Source of the DNA: a virus
DNA length: 64,000 nucleotides
Reading direction: 5' to 3' (one strand)
IMG/VR virus record: IMGVR_UViG_3300027861_000001
Coordinates: 1-64,000 of that record
Position 1 is the stretch's first letter, and every line of letters begins with the position of its first letter. The translations under genes and the position numbers were made by a program. Below are positions 19,419 to 29,571 of the stretch, piece by piece. The notes under the pieces were generated by a model. The model was not told where the DNA came from and ran no database searches. It saw nothing but the letters and a program-made list of their open reading frames with translations.

Positions 19419-20560
19419 TGAATACAGCAGTCGTTGGGCTTGGGTTCGGAGATGAGGGCAAGGGTGTAGTAACAGATTATCTCTGTTCTCTAAGCCCGCG
19501 TTCTGCTGTGCTAAGATTTTCTGGCGGACATCAAGCAGCACATACCGTATTTTATAACGGCACAAACCACGTATTCTCAAACTTTGGTTCAGGCACACTA
19601 CGAGGATGTGAGACATATTGGAGTGAATTTTGTACATTTGAACCTAGAGGGTTTTGTAACGAACTTAACATTCTAAGAAAAAAAGGTATTTCACCTATAC
19701 TACATATACATAATAATTGTATGGTGACTACACCCTACGATATAATAGCTAATTGGTTATCATCTGAGAGAGCACACGGCACAACCGGAGTAGGTATTTG
19801 GAAGACGATAGAGAGAAATAATAATAACTTTCATCTATCAGCCACACAAATACTTACACAAAATGAGAAAACAACGAAAGCACACATAAAAGAAGTAGCT
19901 AATTACTACAGTAATCTTCAACATGAAAATTTATCTGATATGCTAGAAGAATTTTACGATGCAGTTAAGCAAATTCAGAATGATGACAGTATACAACTGT
20001 TTTATAACTACCCACACGCAAATTCTATGGTGTTTGAAGGAAGTCAAGGATTGCTTTTGGATAAAGACATAGGATTCTGGCCTTATGTAACACCATCAAA
20101 GACTAATATGGAAAATGTATTTAAGTTGGGATATTCTCCAAGTGATGTATTTCTAGTTACTAGAGCATATCAAACTCGTCATGGCACTGGGCCTATGACA
20201 AACGAGGATAAACCTTTCCTCACACGTCAGGTTGAAGCTGCCACACAGGACAACGTATTTCAGGGAAAACTTCGTAAAACTATGCTTGATTTGGACTTAC
20301 TAGAAAAAGGGGTAAGGCTAGGAATTGACCCTGCGTGTGGACAGCGTGGAATAAAAAAGAATTTAGTAATCACATGCTTAGATCAAATAGATGAGTATAC
20401 TCTTACACACAACGAGACGGTACTGTCGTTTGATGGGGTTGGTGAGTTCATTAGTTATATTGGGGAAACTTTGGGAATAACGGGTGAGTTGTATGGTAAT
20501 TACAGTCCTTATTCTGATACGGTTAGTAAAGTGTTGGAGGTTATAGGATGCCAGACATAG
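19418..20560 (+). CDS. purA: adenylosuccinate synthetase-like protein (divergent)
   Basis: GLGFGDEGKG, GGHQAAHT, GTTGVG, FEGSQGLLLD...PYVT, YQTRHGTGP. Confidence 0.8.
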   Translation: MNTAVVGLGFGDEGKGVVTDYLCSLSPRSAVLRFSGGHQAAHTVFYNGTNHVFSNFGSGTLRGCETYWSEFCTFEPRGFCNELNILRKKGISPILHIHNNCMVTTPYDIIANWLSSERAHGTTGVGIWKTIERNNNNFHLSATQILTQNEKTTKAHIKEVANYYSNLQHENLSDMLEEFYDAVKQIQNDDSIQLFYNYPHANSMVFEGSQGLLLDKDIGFWPYVTPSKTNMENVFKLGYSPSDVFLVTRAYQTRHGTGPMTNEDKPFLTRQVEAATQDNVFQGKLRKTMLDLDLLEKGVRLGIDPACGQRGIKKNLVITCLDQIDEYTLTHNETVLSFDGVGEFISYIGETLGITGELYGNYSPYSDTVSKVLEVIGCQT

Positions 20561-20708
20561 TAATACATGACAGAATTAAAATAGGATTTGCGAATAGCGG
20601 TAGTAGGCTTGTTGTTGATGAGGATGGAAATGTTACTTTAATCCAAGACAATGGGAAAAATTCAGAAGAAGAAACTTTCAAAATAGTATTAAAAGGAACT
20701 ATTATAAT

Positions 20709-20978
20709 ATGATTCCTAGGTTACATACGGACTCTTTTGACTGGATTACTTGGAGAGGTGGTCGTTTAGCCGACTTAGGTATTCCTTGTAGAGAAGAGGC
20801 ATTAATAACCAGTGCTGAAATACTAAAGAAGCATATTGTGGGTTATTTAGAGGGAGAAAGATTAACCTGTCGCCCGAAAGCAGGACACACTGCAATTATG
20901 TTGTTGAAAAACGATGAATTTTTCTGGTTCCATTTACGCAACATAGAATTTCAACGTATATTTAAGGAGGTATTATGA
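20709..20978 (+). CDS. hypothetical protein
   Basis: ORF ATGA-coupled to the radical SAM gene. Confidence 0.55.
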   Translation: MIPRLHTDSFDWITWRGGRLADLGIPCREEALITSAEILKKHIVGYLEGERLTCRPKAGHTAIMLLKNDEFFWFHLRNIEFQRIFKEVL

Positions 20979-21937
20979 AATTAGAAGAAATAGGATTCTA
21001 CACACTGTCGGATGCCAGAGTTAAGCAGGTAGCTTCAACTTCACCTATGTGGAGGGGTGAAATACTTATAACCGACAAATGTAATTTTAAGTGTCCATAC
21101 TGTCAAGGAATAAGAAAAGATTGTGCTGGTGTTTTAACTTTGGATGAGGTAAAAAACATAATTGACTACTGGAGAATGACTGGGTTAAAACATATTAGAT
21201 TTTCTGGTGGTGAACCTACCCTCCACGAAAATTTAATAGATATGGTAGCTTATGCAAAAGTCAAAGGAGTTGAAAGAATCGCCATATCCACCAACGGGTC
21301 TAATGATATTGAAGTTTACAAACAGCTTACTTCTGTCGGTGTTAACGATATGTCAATATCGTTAGATGCCTGCTGTTCTTCTTTTGGTGAACAAATGTGT
21401 GGTGGAATTACAGGAATGTGGGAAAAGGTAGTAGATAATATTAAAGAATTATCTAAGTTAACTTACGTATCACTTGGTATGGTATTCACAAAGGACACGA
21501 TCAGAGATGCCGTTGAAACTATTGAGTTTGGACATTCTCTAGGGGTGTCAGACATAAGAATTATTTCCGCATCACAAGAAGATCAGCTAATCGAAGGTTT
21601 AGGTGGGTTAGCTGATACATTAAAAGAACATCCAATTTTGAATTACAGAATCAACAACTACCTAAACGGCAGAAATGTGAGAGGTATAAGACCTACTGAT
21701 GCAAACAGGTGTGGGTTGGTTGTAGACGACAGTGCCATAGCTGGTAACTATCACTTTCCTTGCATCATATACTTGCGAGAAAAAGGAGAACCTATAGGAA
21801 AGGTTAGTGCTAATATGAGGCAGGAAAGAATGGAATGGTCATTAACTCACGACATTCAAAAAGACCCTATTTGTAGAGAACAGTGTTTGGACGTGTGTAT
21901 AGATTACAACAACAAATACAGGGAGTATCATGATTAA
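20975..21937 (+). CDS. radical SAM protein with C-terminal Cys cluster (MoaA/twitch-like)
   Basis: CNFKCPYC, FSGGEPTL, STNG, C-terminal C..FPC..CREQCLDVC. Confidence 0.85.
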   Translation: MKLEEIGFYTLSDARVKQVASTSPMWRGEILITDKCNFKCPYCQGIRKDCAGVLTLDEVKNIIDYWRMTGLKHIRFSGGEPTLHENLIDMVAYAKVKGVERIAISTNGSNDIEVYKQLTSVGVNDMSISLDACCSSFGEQMCGGITGMWEKVVDNIKELSKLTYVSLGMVFTKDTIRDAVETIEFGHSLGVSDIRIISASQEDQLIEGLGGLADTLKEHPILNYRINNYLNGRNVRGIRPTDANRCGLVVDDSAIAGNYHFPCIIYLREKGEPIGKVSANMRQERMEWSLTHDIQKDPICREQCLDVCIDYNNKYREYHD

Positions 21938-22352
21938 CCCTATAGGAATGATAAAAGAACTGCACTATTTGGCATATCATGACTCATTGACAGGATTATT
22001 TAATCGAAATTACCTGTATAACAAGTTGTGTATTAAAAAGTTCCAGTACGTTTACTTTGTTGATATAAACGGGTTGAGAAAAATTAACAAGTTAGGGCAT
22101 AGTTATGGTGATAGTTATATAAAAAATTGTGTAACTGACATAGTAGGTAAGATGCTTGTGGATGATTGCCTAGTAAGATATGCTGGTGATGAGTTCTTGC
22201 TGTTTTCAACGACAGACAATCTTATTGAAACTAATGATATGTATACTGTGGGGTTGGCTCCGATAGAGAGCGACCTTTACACATCGATTAACGAAGCTGA
22301 CAAAGTAATGCTAGAGCAAAAAGCCGGTGGTTATAGAAGATATATTTATTAG
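21930..22352 (+). CDS. stand-alone GGDEF-family (AGDEF) diguanylate cyclase-like protein
   Basis: HDSLTGLFNR, FVDING..KIN..GHSYGD, RYAGDEF, ADKVM. Confidence 0.85.
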   Translation: MINPIGMIKELHYLAYHDSLTGLFNRNYLYNKLCIKKFQYVYFVDINGLRKINKLGHSYGDSYIKNCVTDIVGKMLVDDCLVRYAGDEFLLFSTTDNLIETNDMYTVGLAPIESDLYTSINEADKVMLEQKAGGYRRYIY

Positions 22353-22728
22353 AGTTTTCCTTGGTCATTTAGTTGGTGACTTTCTATTGCAAAGTCGTGC
22401 AATGGCTCTAGGAAAATCAGAGAAAGGATGGAATGGACACAAATGGTGTACGTTCCATTGCGTGGTTTACACGTTGGCAGTGTGTCTCTTTGCGTGGACT
22501 GCTAATCCTTTATTTATAGTACTTGTTTTTCTTAGCCATTGGCCAATAGATAGATGGTCATTGACTTCATATTGGCTTAAATTAATCAGGAGTAGAAATT
22601 TAGTTGGTGCATATCTATCTGAAGAAAAGTTTAGAGAGTTTGACATAGCATTTTCAGCTATTGTTTACACGGTTGCTGATAATACTTTGCATTTAGTAGC
22701 TCTTTGGGCTATTGTTAACTATATTTAG
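22327..22728 (+). CDS. DUF3307-like membrane protein
   Basis: GHLVGDFLLQ, H, HWPID, DNTLH motifs in hydrophobic helices. Confidence 0.75.
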   Translation: MVIEDIFIRVFLGHLVGDFLLQSRAMALGKSEKGWNGHKWCTFHCVVYTLAVCLFAWTANPLFIVLVFLSHWPIDRWSLTSYWLKLIRSRNLVGAYLSEEKFREFDIAFSAIVYTVADNTLHLVALWAIVNYI

Positions 22729-22739
22729 TAGGGGGAATA

Positions 22740-23951
22740 ATGAACAAAATTCAACGACTCATTGATGAAGGTGTTGCTTATTCTGTAGCTGAGGCGCAGG
22801 GTATACTCGGAGCAGATAAATACGAAGAAGCCCTAAATTATAGGGTAATAAACAGATATCGGCAGTATGCTGATAAATATTTCCTTCGTTCTAACCAGAT
22901 ATTAAAAGCTGAAGGGCTTAATCCTTGGGTTAACATGCAAATTTTCATAAGAAAAGGACCTGGAATTGTTGGTGGCGTATGGGAAGCGTTGGAGAAGGTA
23001 ACAAGCAACGCAAATGTTACTTCCGATTGGAGAGTATATTCCAAGAATGATGGTGACAGGTATGAGGCTGAAGAAACTATAATAAACATCATAGCTCCAA
23101 TTCAAGAGATAATGGAGCTAGAAACATTATATCTAGGAATTATATCTTATGGAACCTCTGTAATTAACGGAAAGGCTCTTGACCTTAAAAGAATCAGAGA
23201 AAACGTTGAAAAAGTGGTTGAGCTTGCTTATCCTAGACTTGTTTTCTATTTTGGTGCTAGACATTGGCACTGGGAAATGGATTACGAAATATCTAAAATT
23301 GCTATGAAAGCTGGTTGTTCTGATTGTTCTACAGACAACGGAGCAAAGAAGTTTGGAAAAGAAGGTATAGGAACCATACCACACGCACTTGAAAATATCT
23401 ATGCGTATTATTATGGAGTTGAAAATGCTGTTGTTGAGTCTACAAAGGCATTTGATAGGTACATGTCACCAGAAATTCCAAGGATAGCTTTAATTGATTA
23501 CGCAAATAAAGAAATTACTGATACAATAACACTGATAAGGGAAATGGGGTCTGGCTTGTATGGTGTGAGAGTAGACACGTGTGGTGAAAACTTCATGCAA
23601 GGTGCAACCGCCAAAAGAAGTGTTTCTATTGACGGAGTTCATGGGGTAGTAAAAGCAATACAAAACCAATCAGGCGCACCGGAAGCTAAAGTAATTCTTA
23701 GTAGCGGATTTGGTAATCCAGATAAAGTACAAATGTTTAACAAAGCTGAAGATTTTTTAGGAATACAGCTATACGATTCTATAGGTGCTGGATTTATGTA
23801 TGATACAATTACTGCTACAGCAGATATAATTGCGGTTGGAGATTCTCCTGATGATGTAGATTACATTGCAGGAAATCCTAATAGTAACAATATAATTCAT
23901 AAAGTAGGTAGACCACCAAAAGTAAACAGAAATATAAGGAGAGTAGTATGA
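22740..23951 (+). CDS. pncB: nicotinate phosphoribosyltransferase
   Basis: YADKYF, FGARH, GTIPHAL, LIDY, GVRVDT, SSGF. Confidence 0.8.
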   Translation: MNKIQRLIDEGVAYSVAEAQGILGADKYEEALNYRVINRYRQYADKYFLRSNQILKAEGLNPWVNMQIFIRKGPGIVGGVWEALEKVTSNANVTSDWRVYSKNDGDRYEAEETIINIIAPIQEIMELETLYLGIISYGTSVINGKALDLKRIRENVEKVVELAYPRLVFYFGARHWHWEMDYEISKIAMKAGCSDCSTDNGAKKFGKEGIGTIPHALENIYAYYYGVENAVVESTKAFDRYMSPEIPRIALIDYANKEITDTITLIREMGSGLYGVRVDTCGENFMQGATAKRSVSIDGVHGVVKAIQNQSGAPEAKVILSSGFGNPDKVQMFNKAEDFLGIQLYDSIGAGFMYDTITATADIIAVGDSPDDVDYIAGNPNSNNIIHKVGRPPKVNRNIRRVV

Positions 23952-24478
23952 AATCAGCACTCTTAGTGGTAGATATGATTAATGACTTTGTGGAAGAAAA
24001 TGGAGCACTTTATGTTAAAGGAGCGAGTGATTTAATTCCGAACATTGAAAAAGCAATGAAAGTTTCAAGCAATTTTACCATATTCTGTAACGATTGTCAC
24101 GATGAAAACGATCCAGAGTTTGAACAATTTCCTAAACATGGTATATGGGATACGTGGGGTTCTAACCTTTCTAAACAATTTGAGCTTGTGTTTCCCCCAA
24201 TGATTTTGAGTAAGAATACTTTTTCAGCCTTCTCTAACGAACTGTTGCATCCTCTGTTAAATGGTATGAAAGTTGATAGAGTTTATGTTTGTGGAGTCGT
24301 AACTGAAATATGTGTATTTAAAACTGTGATTGATTCTATAAAGCATGGATTCAAAACATATGTTATTGTAGATGGAATCACTGGTCTTAATGCAGAAAAA
24401 GGTGACGCCGATGTTTCTTTAATGTTAATGGGAAACGCAGGAGCAATACCTATAGTAGCTTCTGATATAAAAGTTTAA
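23948..24478 (+). CDS. pncA: nicotinamidase / isochorismatase-family cysteine hydrolase
   Basis: VVDMINDF, D.H, K, GVVTEICV; ATGA-coupled to pncB. Confidence 0.85.
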   Translation: MKSALLVVDMINDFVEENGALYVKGASDLIPNIEKAMKVSSNFTIFCNDCHDENDPEFEQFPKHGIWDTWGSNLSKQFELVFPPMILSKNTFSAFSNELLHPLLNGMKVDRVYVCGVVTEICVFKTVIDSIKHGFKTYVIVDGITGLNAEKGDADVSLMLMGNAGAIPIVASDIKV

Positions 24479-24498
24479 ATAATAAGGAGTGAAAAGTT

Positions 24499-24852
24499 AT
24501 GAGAATTAACAGATATCTAGTAATAGGCTCAGCGGCAGCAGTTATTGTATTTATATGTATGTTAATAGCTTTTATTGGTTGTAATGATTGTGACTATCCG
24601 CCTGGTCATCACGACGAAACATATGATTACTTATATAGAATAAAAGTAAACGGCAGTAAGTATTACACAGATACCGAACCGGAACAAATCAGTAAACTAA
24701 CTAGCGACAGTGCTGGTACATATAAGTTGTATAATGTAAGACAAGGTGCCGGTTGCTGTAGTGCTACGTATTCAGAGGAAATTACCATTGATTATACAGA
24801 CAATATAATTATAATTAAAAGATATGGGGAGTATGATTATGGAAGTAATTAA
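24499..24852 (+). CDS. membrane-anchored hypothetical protein
   Basis: N-terminal TM/signal segment; AGGAG RBS. Confidence 0.55.
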   Translation: MRINRYLVIGSAAAVIVFICMLIAFIGCNDCDYPPGHHDETYDYLYRIKVNGSKYYTDTEPEQISKLTSDSAGTYKLYNVRQGAGCCSATYSEEITIDYTDNIIIIKRYGEYDYGSN

Positions 24853-24973
24853 GAAAGTATACGGAAAAGTGATTGGACAAATGTGTTTTCGTTCTTTTGC
24901 TTTGGGTGCTGTGTCTTGGGCTATAGCATATGAAATAACGAGGTGTATTGGTTTAGTACCATAGGAAGGAACA

Positions 24974-25249
24974 ATGAAACTAAGAACAGGGCAGTGTGTA
25001 AAAGTTACAGAAATTAAATATCTTACCTACAATGCACTTGCTGATACACGCACCAAAGAAAAGTTTGCGTGGGCTATAGGAAGATTAGGTAGGATTAAAA
25101 CCTCTCTACGTAACGATTGGTACGAAGTAAATGTAGAAAAAGAAGGATATCCATCGCCAATCAACATAAACTTAAGTTCAGAAGAATTTGAGGTTATGGA
25201 AGAAGATTGTAATAGTTGCAAAATAAGATTCAAATGTTGGACTGAATAA
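24974..25249 (+). CDS. CWT-family protein (SH3-like 'QIKY' subgroup)
   Basis: Ends CNSCKIRFKCWTE. Confidence 0.8.
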   Translation: MKLRTGQCVKVTEIKYLTYNALADTRTKEKFAWAIGRLGRIKTSLRNDWYEVNVEKEGYPSPININLSSEEFEVMEEDCNSCKIRFKCWTE

Positions 25250-25539
25250 TGAAATACGAAATTGGTAGTTGTGTAAAAATAGTACAAATAAAATATAAAG
25301 ATTATGATACTTTAGTTGACGATGAAACAATAAAAAGGTACTTACATTTCGTAGGTAAGGTGGGCAAAATTACTGACCATCTTAGATTGAACTGGTTTCA
25401 GATATCTTTTGTGGAACCAATTAAAGTAAACGAGTATATACACAACATGCTACGGGTTCATCCAGAAGAAATAAGACTAACATCAAAAGAAGATTGTAAT
25501 AATTGTTCAATTCGTTATAAATGTTGGACTGAAAAGTAG
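25249..25539 (+). CDS. CWT-family protein ('QIKY' subgroup)
   Basis: Ends CNNCSIRYKCWTEK. Confidence 0.8.
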   Translation: MKYEIGSCVKIVQIKYKDYDTLVDDETIKRYLHFVGKVGKITDHLRLNWFQISFVEPIKVNEYIHNMLRVHPEEIRLTSKEDCNNCSIRYKCWTEK

Positions 25540-25550
25540 GAGGTAAGATA

Positions 25551-25814
25551 ATGGAAGATAAACGACCAGAAGAGTGGTTTGAGGTTAAGTATTCTTATGT
25601 TGACTTCTTAGAAATGCGAAATATTGATGAACCTTGCCCTGTGTGTAATGGGTTCGGTTGCAGAGCGTACGCCAACACAACCCAGTGGAAAGGTGGTATT
25701 GGAGGACAAATGATAACAAACGGTGTCTGTGACTATTGTTGGGGGTCAGGTGACAGATACAGGCATGGTGCTAACTTAAATGAGTTAATGAACCAACCAA
25801 AAGGAGGTAAATAA
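25551..25814 (+). CDS. DnaJ-type zinc-finger protein
   Basis: CPVCNGFG and CDYCWGSG (CxxCxGxG repeats). Confidence 0.65.
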   Translation: MEDKRPEEWFEVKYSYVDFLEMRNIDEPCPVCNGFGCRAYANTTQWKGGIGGQMITNGVCDYCWGSGDRYRHGANLNELMNQPKGGK

Positions 25815-26069
25815 TGAGCAGAGCCTTAGTTACTGCGGTGTATTATGAAGTAAAGTATGTTGTTGACAAACTGTTAACAAAAGATCAAACTGAAAGAGTG
25901 TTGAATCTGTATTGCGTATCAGAAGTTAAGACTGTAGCATTTAGTACATATATTACTTTTAAACTTGATACTTCTTTAACCACCAAGCCAGAATATTGGA
26001 AGGTTGGTGGTTTAACAGGTGTTCGAAATGACATAGAGTCTATAGTAAATGAAAAACAGGAGGATAATA

Positions 26070-26366
26070 ATGGATAAAGATGTAGTAGTAAAGTTCACAG
26101 AGGGTAACATAGTGACAGCCGTCTGTCATTATAAAGGTTCAGATGTGTGTGATGAGTGTAAGCTTCGCTTTGATTGTTATCTACATGAAAATCTAATAAT
26201 TGAGGCAGCAACACTAGGATTCAAAAAGGATAAGGTAATCACTGAACCACTTACTGAGCTGACAGAAAGGTATTTAAGAGCACAGAATGGGCAGAAAGAA
26301 GAGGGTGATGATGATATGGTTGTTACTGTCAGCCAGAGAAGGTATCTTACAGATGAAGATGAATGA
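26070..26366 (+). CDS. CWT-family protein (internal motif)
   Basis: CDECKLRFDCYL; AGGAGG RBS. Confidence 0.65.
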   Translation: MDKDVVVKFTEGNIVTAVCHYKGSDVCDECKLRFDCYLHENLIIEAATLGFKKDKVITEPLTELTERYLRAQNGQKEEGDDDMVVTVSQRRYLTDEDE

Positions 26367-26538
26367 TGGAGTGGATTAAGCGATTATTCTGTGGCCCTAA
26401 GTGTCCACAATGTAAAGAAAGGCAAGCGTTGCTAATACAAGAGGGGTTATTTCCAGCATATTATGAGTGCTTTAATTGTTTTACTAAGTGGTTCGTTCTT
26501 ACAGGTGAACGATTTTATTGGACGTTTGGAGGAAAATA

Positions 26539-27717
26539 GTGTTAACATTCAAAGGTAAATATAGTACCGCCATAGTAATGATTGACGAGATAGACGAAAC
26601 CACCGAAGAACAAATACGTACTTTCATCAATCATCCAGCCTTTGCGGGAACCTATATCGTAATCATGCCAGACTGTCATGCTGGTAAGGGTGCTGTGATA
26701 GGGTTTACTTCTACTTTGAATGACTACATAATTCCAAATGTTGTTGGGGTAGACATCGGTTGTGGTATGTTAGGTTATAAACTTAATGTATCAGAAATAG
26801 ATTTTGCAAAGTTAGATAAATTCATTAGGAAACAAATTCCAAGCGGTTTTAACATAAGACCTAGAACCCACAAACTTGTAGGAAATAATAAACCGTTGGT
26901 GGGTGAGATTACGGAGATAGTAGAAAAACTTGATTTAGTTCCAAGCAGAGTCTTTGATTCCCTTGGAAGCCTTGGTGGTGGAAATCATTTCATTGAGGTA
27001 GATAAAACAGAAGAAGGTGATTTGTGGTTGGTAGTTCATTCAGGTTCCAGAAACTTTGGGTTACAAATAGCTAACTATCACCAAAAGATAGCAAAGAATA
27101 ATTTGGTAGACAGAGACGTTAAAGATATGCTACGAGTCTTAAACTTGACAGAAGTAATAAAGGATGCTGAATTTCTTGAAAACTATGAGGCTGAAGAATA
27201 TTTGGAAGACATGAAGGTGGCACAGAAGTATGCTATCCTTAATAGAAAGATAATGATGCACGTTATGATTGAAGATTTCTTTGGGTTGAAATACGATGCT
27301 GGTAGAACGCTAGAAACAGTACATAACTATATAGACTTCTCTGCCGGTGTAGTAAGAAAAGGAGCTATATCAGCCCAGGAAGGTGAGCAACTTATTATAC
27401 CTTTCAACATGCAAGATGGTATCATCATAGGAACTGGAAAAGGTAATAGCGATTGGAACTACTCTGCTCCACACGGGGCTGGACGTATTTTATCAAGGAC
27501 ACAGGCAAAGAAACAACTTTCAGTGGACGATTTTAAAGAATCAATGAAAGGTGTTTGGACTTCTTGTGTATCAGAAAATACTCTTGATGAAGCTCCTATG
27601 GCATACAAAGACACGCAAGTAATCCTTAATGCTATAAAAGATACTGTTGACATAAATTTCTGGATGAAACCAACGTACAACTTTAAAGCAGATGAGGTAA
27701 AAAAATTCAAGAAATGA
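26539..27717 (+). CDS. rtcB: RtcB family RNA ligase
   Basis: MPDCHAGKG, VGVDIGCG, GGGNHF, HSGSR, HNY, SAPHGAGR, DEAPMAYK. Confidence 0.95.
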   Translation: MLTFKGKYSTAIVMIDEIDETTEEQIRTFINHPAFAGTYIVIMPDCHAGKGAVIGFTSTLNDYIIPNVVGVDIGCGMLGYKLNVSEIDFAKLDKFIRKQIPSGFNIRPRTHKLVGNNKPLVGEITEIVEKLDLVPSRVFDSLGSLGGGNHFIEVDKTEEGDLWLVVHSGSRNFGLQIANYHQKIAKNNLVDRDVKDMLRVLNLTEVIKDAEFLENYEAEEYLEDMKVAQKYAILNRKIMMHVMIEDFFGLKYDAGRTLETVHNYIDFSAGVVRKGAISAQEGEQLIIPFNMQDGIIIGTGKGNSDWNYSAPHGAGRILSRTQAKKQLSVDDFKESMKGVWTSCVSENTLDEAPMAYKDTQVILNAIKDTVDINFWMKPTYNFKADEVKKFKK

Positions 27718-27840
27718 CTGATGACGAAGAAATTCCCAGAAAATACAGAGTAATTTTAGCAGTAATTTTTGTTTATGTGATAATGGCTCCTGCTTCTCTG
27801 TTTGCATTCTTGGGAATAATAAAATTAATACTTGGTTAAA

Positions 27841-28110
27841 ATGAAAGAAAACTGTCGAGTTATCGTAAAGGACAACTGCCCAATCAGCGAAGAATACGAA
27901 TCAACAGAATATTTTGTTGGTCTTAGGGGTAAAAAAGGAACCGTAAGAAGAGCTTATTATGAGGTAGACACAGACTTTGGAGCCATGCATTCGGTTACTA
28001 TAGACGAACATAAGTTATCTACAGACTTATATTCTCAAGAATTACAACCTTTATCAGAAGAAAATGATTGTAATAACTGCAAAATAAGATTTCAATGTTG
28101 GACAGAGTAA
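27841..28110 (+). CDS. CWT-family protein
   Basis: Ends CNNCKIRFQCWTE. Confidence 0.8.
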   Translation: MKENCRVIVKDNCPISEEYESTEYFVGLRGKKGTVRRAYYEVDTDFGAMHSVTIDEHKLSTDLYSQELQPLSEENDCNNCKIRFQCWTE

Positions 28111-28370
28111 TGAGGGGTACAAAAGTAGTAGTTTGTCCAAAATGTAAAATACAATATTACTACAAGTGTTGGATTGCTCTTGAAAAAAGACCGCAACCAA
28201 CGTATAATGGAGATAAGTTCCACATAGTTACTTGCCCTAATTGTAATTTTATGGAAAAGGTTAAAAAAGGAAGCCTTGATTTAGAGTGGGAGTGGGGTAC
28301 GATACTGCACCCAGTAGAAGAACAAGACTGTAATGAGTGTGTAGATAGGTTTAAGTGTTGGACAGAATAA
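28110..28370 (+). CDS. CWT-family protein (Zn ribbon + tag)
   Basis: Ends CNECVDRFKCWTE; TAATG coupling. Confidence 0.8.
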   Translation: MRGTKVVVCPKCKIQYYYKCWIALEKRPQPTYNGDKFHIVTCPNCNFMEKVKKGSLDLEWEWGTILHPVEEQDCNECVDRFKCWTE

Positions 28371-28591
28371 TGGAATATAAAGTTGGAGATGTCGTTCGAT
28401 TAAACTTTCTTCATGATAGCTATAAATACGCATATAAAATAGTTGAGGTTAATCATAGTAGAGAACATCCATACAAAATAGAACGAATACTAACCAATAG
28501 AATTTCAGATTTTAACTGGAGTGGTAATGAGTTAGAACCATGCGCTAGTTGCGACAAATGTGAACTTAGATTCAAATGTTGGACAGAGTAA
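28370..28591 (+). CDS. CWT-family protein (KOW/SH3-like + tag)
   Basis: YKVGDVV; ends CDKCELRFKCWTE. Confidence 0.8.
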   Translation: MEYKVGDVVRLNFLHDSYKYAYKIVEVNHSREHPYKIERILTNRISDFNWSGNELEPCASCDKCELRFKCWTE

Positions 28592-28779
28592 TGAAAATAT
28601 GGGGTATGCTCACTGATGAACAAATAGACGAGGGATATAGTATTGAAGTTAAAGGTGAGGTTTACTTTTTGTATAAGTGCGGAGAAGAAATTCACAGATG
28701 GGCAGAAACAATTACTAAACCTGATGTACAAGATGCAATAGAATCATTTGGTGGTAACTATGAGTAAAGGGGAAAATTA

Positions 28780-29571
28780 ATGCGAAGAAGATTTCCTTCA
28801 GATAATGCATTGATACAGTACTTCAAAGATGGAGGCACTTTTGGTTATACTAGAAGTATGAGTATAGAAGAAGATAAGCTGTACTCATATTCTAAATGTA
28901 TTGCTGTTAGGTTGAGAGGTGGTTCTTTCATAGTTAGTAATAAGTCATCTACTATGGGTGGTGGTTGTCATTCCATGAGCACCAGCCAACACATCCATAA
29001 AGTTTATGATAAGTTGGATAATGTAATATTAGTTGATGGTTGGGCATCAGTTGACGGAGTAGTAGTAAACTACGAAAAAGCACAAGGAACACATAAAACT
29101 GTTTGGGGTGTTGTGAAAGCTTTTAGTTCGTGGAAGAGTTATTCTTCTCATAATAGCAGATACTTTGACGAAAATAACACTTTAATCATAAACTCTACTG
29201 GATTTTCCGATACACAACCAGCCAAACTGTTGCTAGGTAGTGATAATACTATACTTGTAGAAAAATATAACATTCGTAATTGTGCAATGAAATCAATAAA
29301 TCTAACTTACCCTGACGTACCTTATTACAAAGCATATAACAAACAGGATGCATACGTACATATGGGTGCTTTTGAGTACTGTGTGAGGTGCCCAAGAAGA
29401 TTCAGGTGTATTACTGGTGACACACACTACATAAACTCAGGTAGTGTTTATTATTTAAATCCAATCTTACACGAAAGAGATGATTTAAAAGACGTTCTTC
29501 GTTATTGTAAGTCATTTCTTAACCCACACGGTTGGAAGGAGGAATTACGTGGAACTACTGATACAATTTAG
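28780..29571 (+). CDS. CWT-family protein (internal motif), paralog of 51598-52446
   Basis: CVRCPRRFRCITG; GWAS...THKTV shared with the paralog. Confidence 0.7.
   Translation: MRRRFPSDNALIQYFKDGGTFGYTRSMSIEEDKLYSYSKCIAVRLRGGSFIVSNKSSTMGGGCHSMSTSQHIHKVYDKLDNVILVDGWASVDGVVVNYEKAQGTHKTVWGVVKAFSSWKSYSSHNSRYFDENNTLIINSTGFSDTQPAKLLLGSDNTILVEKYNIRNCAMKSINLTYPDVPYYKAYNKQDAYVHMGAFEYCVRCPRRFRCITGDTHYINSGSVYYLNPILHERDDLKDVLRYCKSFLNPHGWKEELRGTTDTI

Noticed and set aside
19418-20560. PurZ / Z-genome pathway (with the MazG-like gene at 61975)
   Set aside because: The enzyme keeps the PurA-type Asp in GDEGKG rather than the PurZ Ser, and no linked datZ/mazZ cluster is seen
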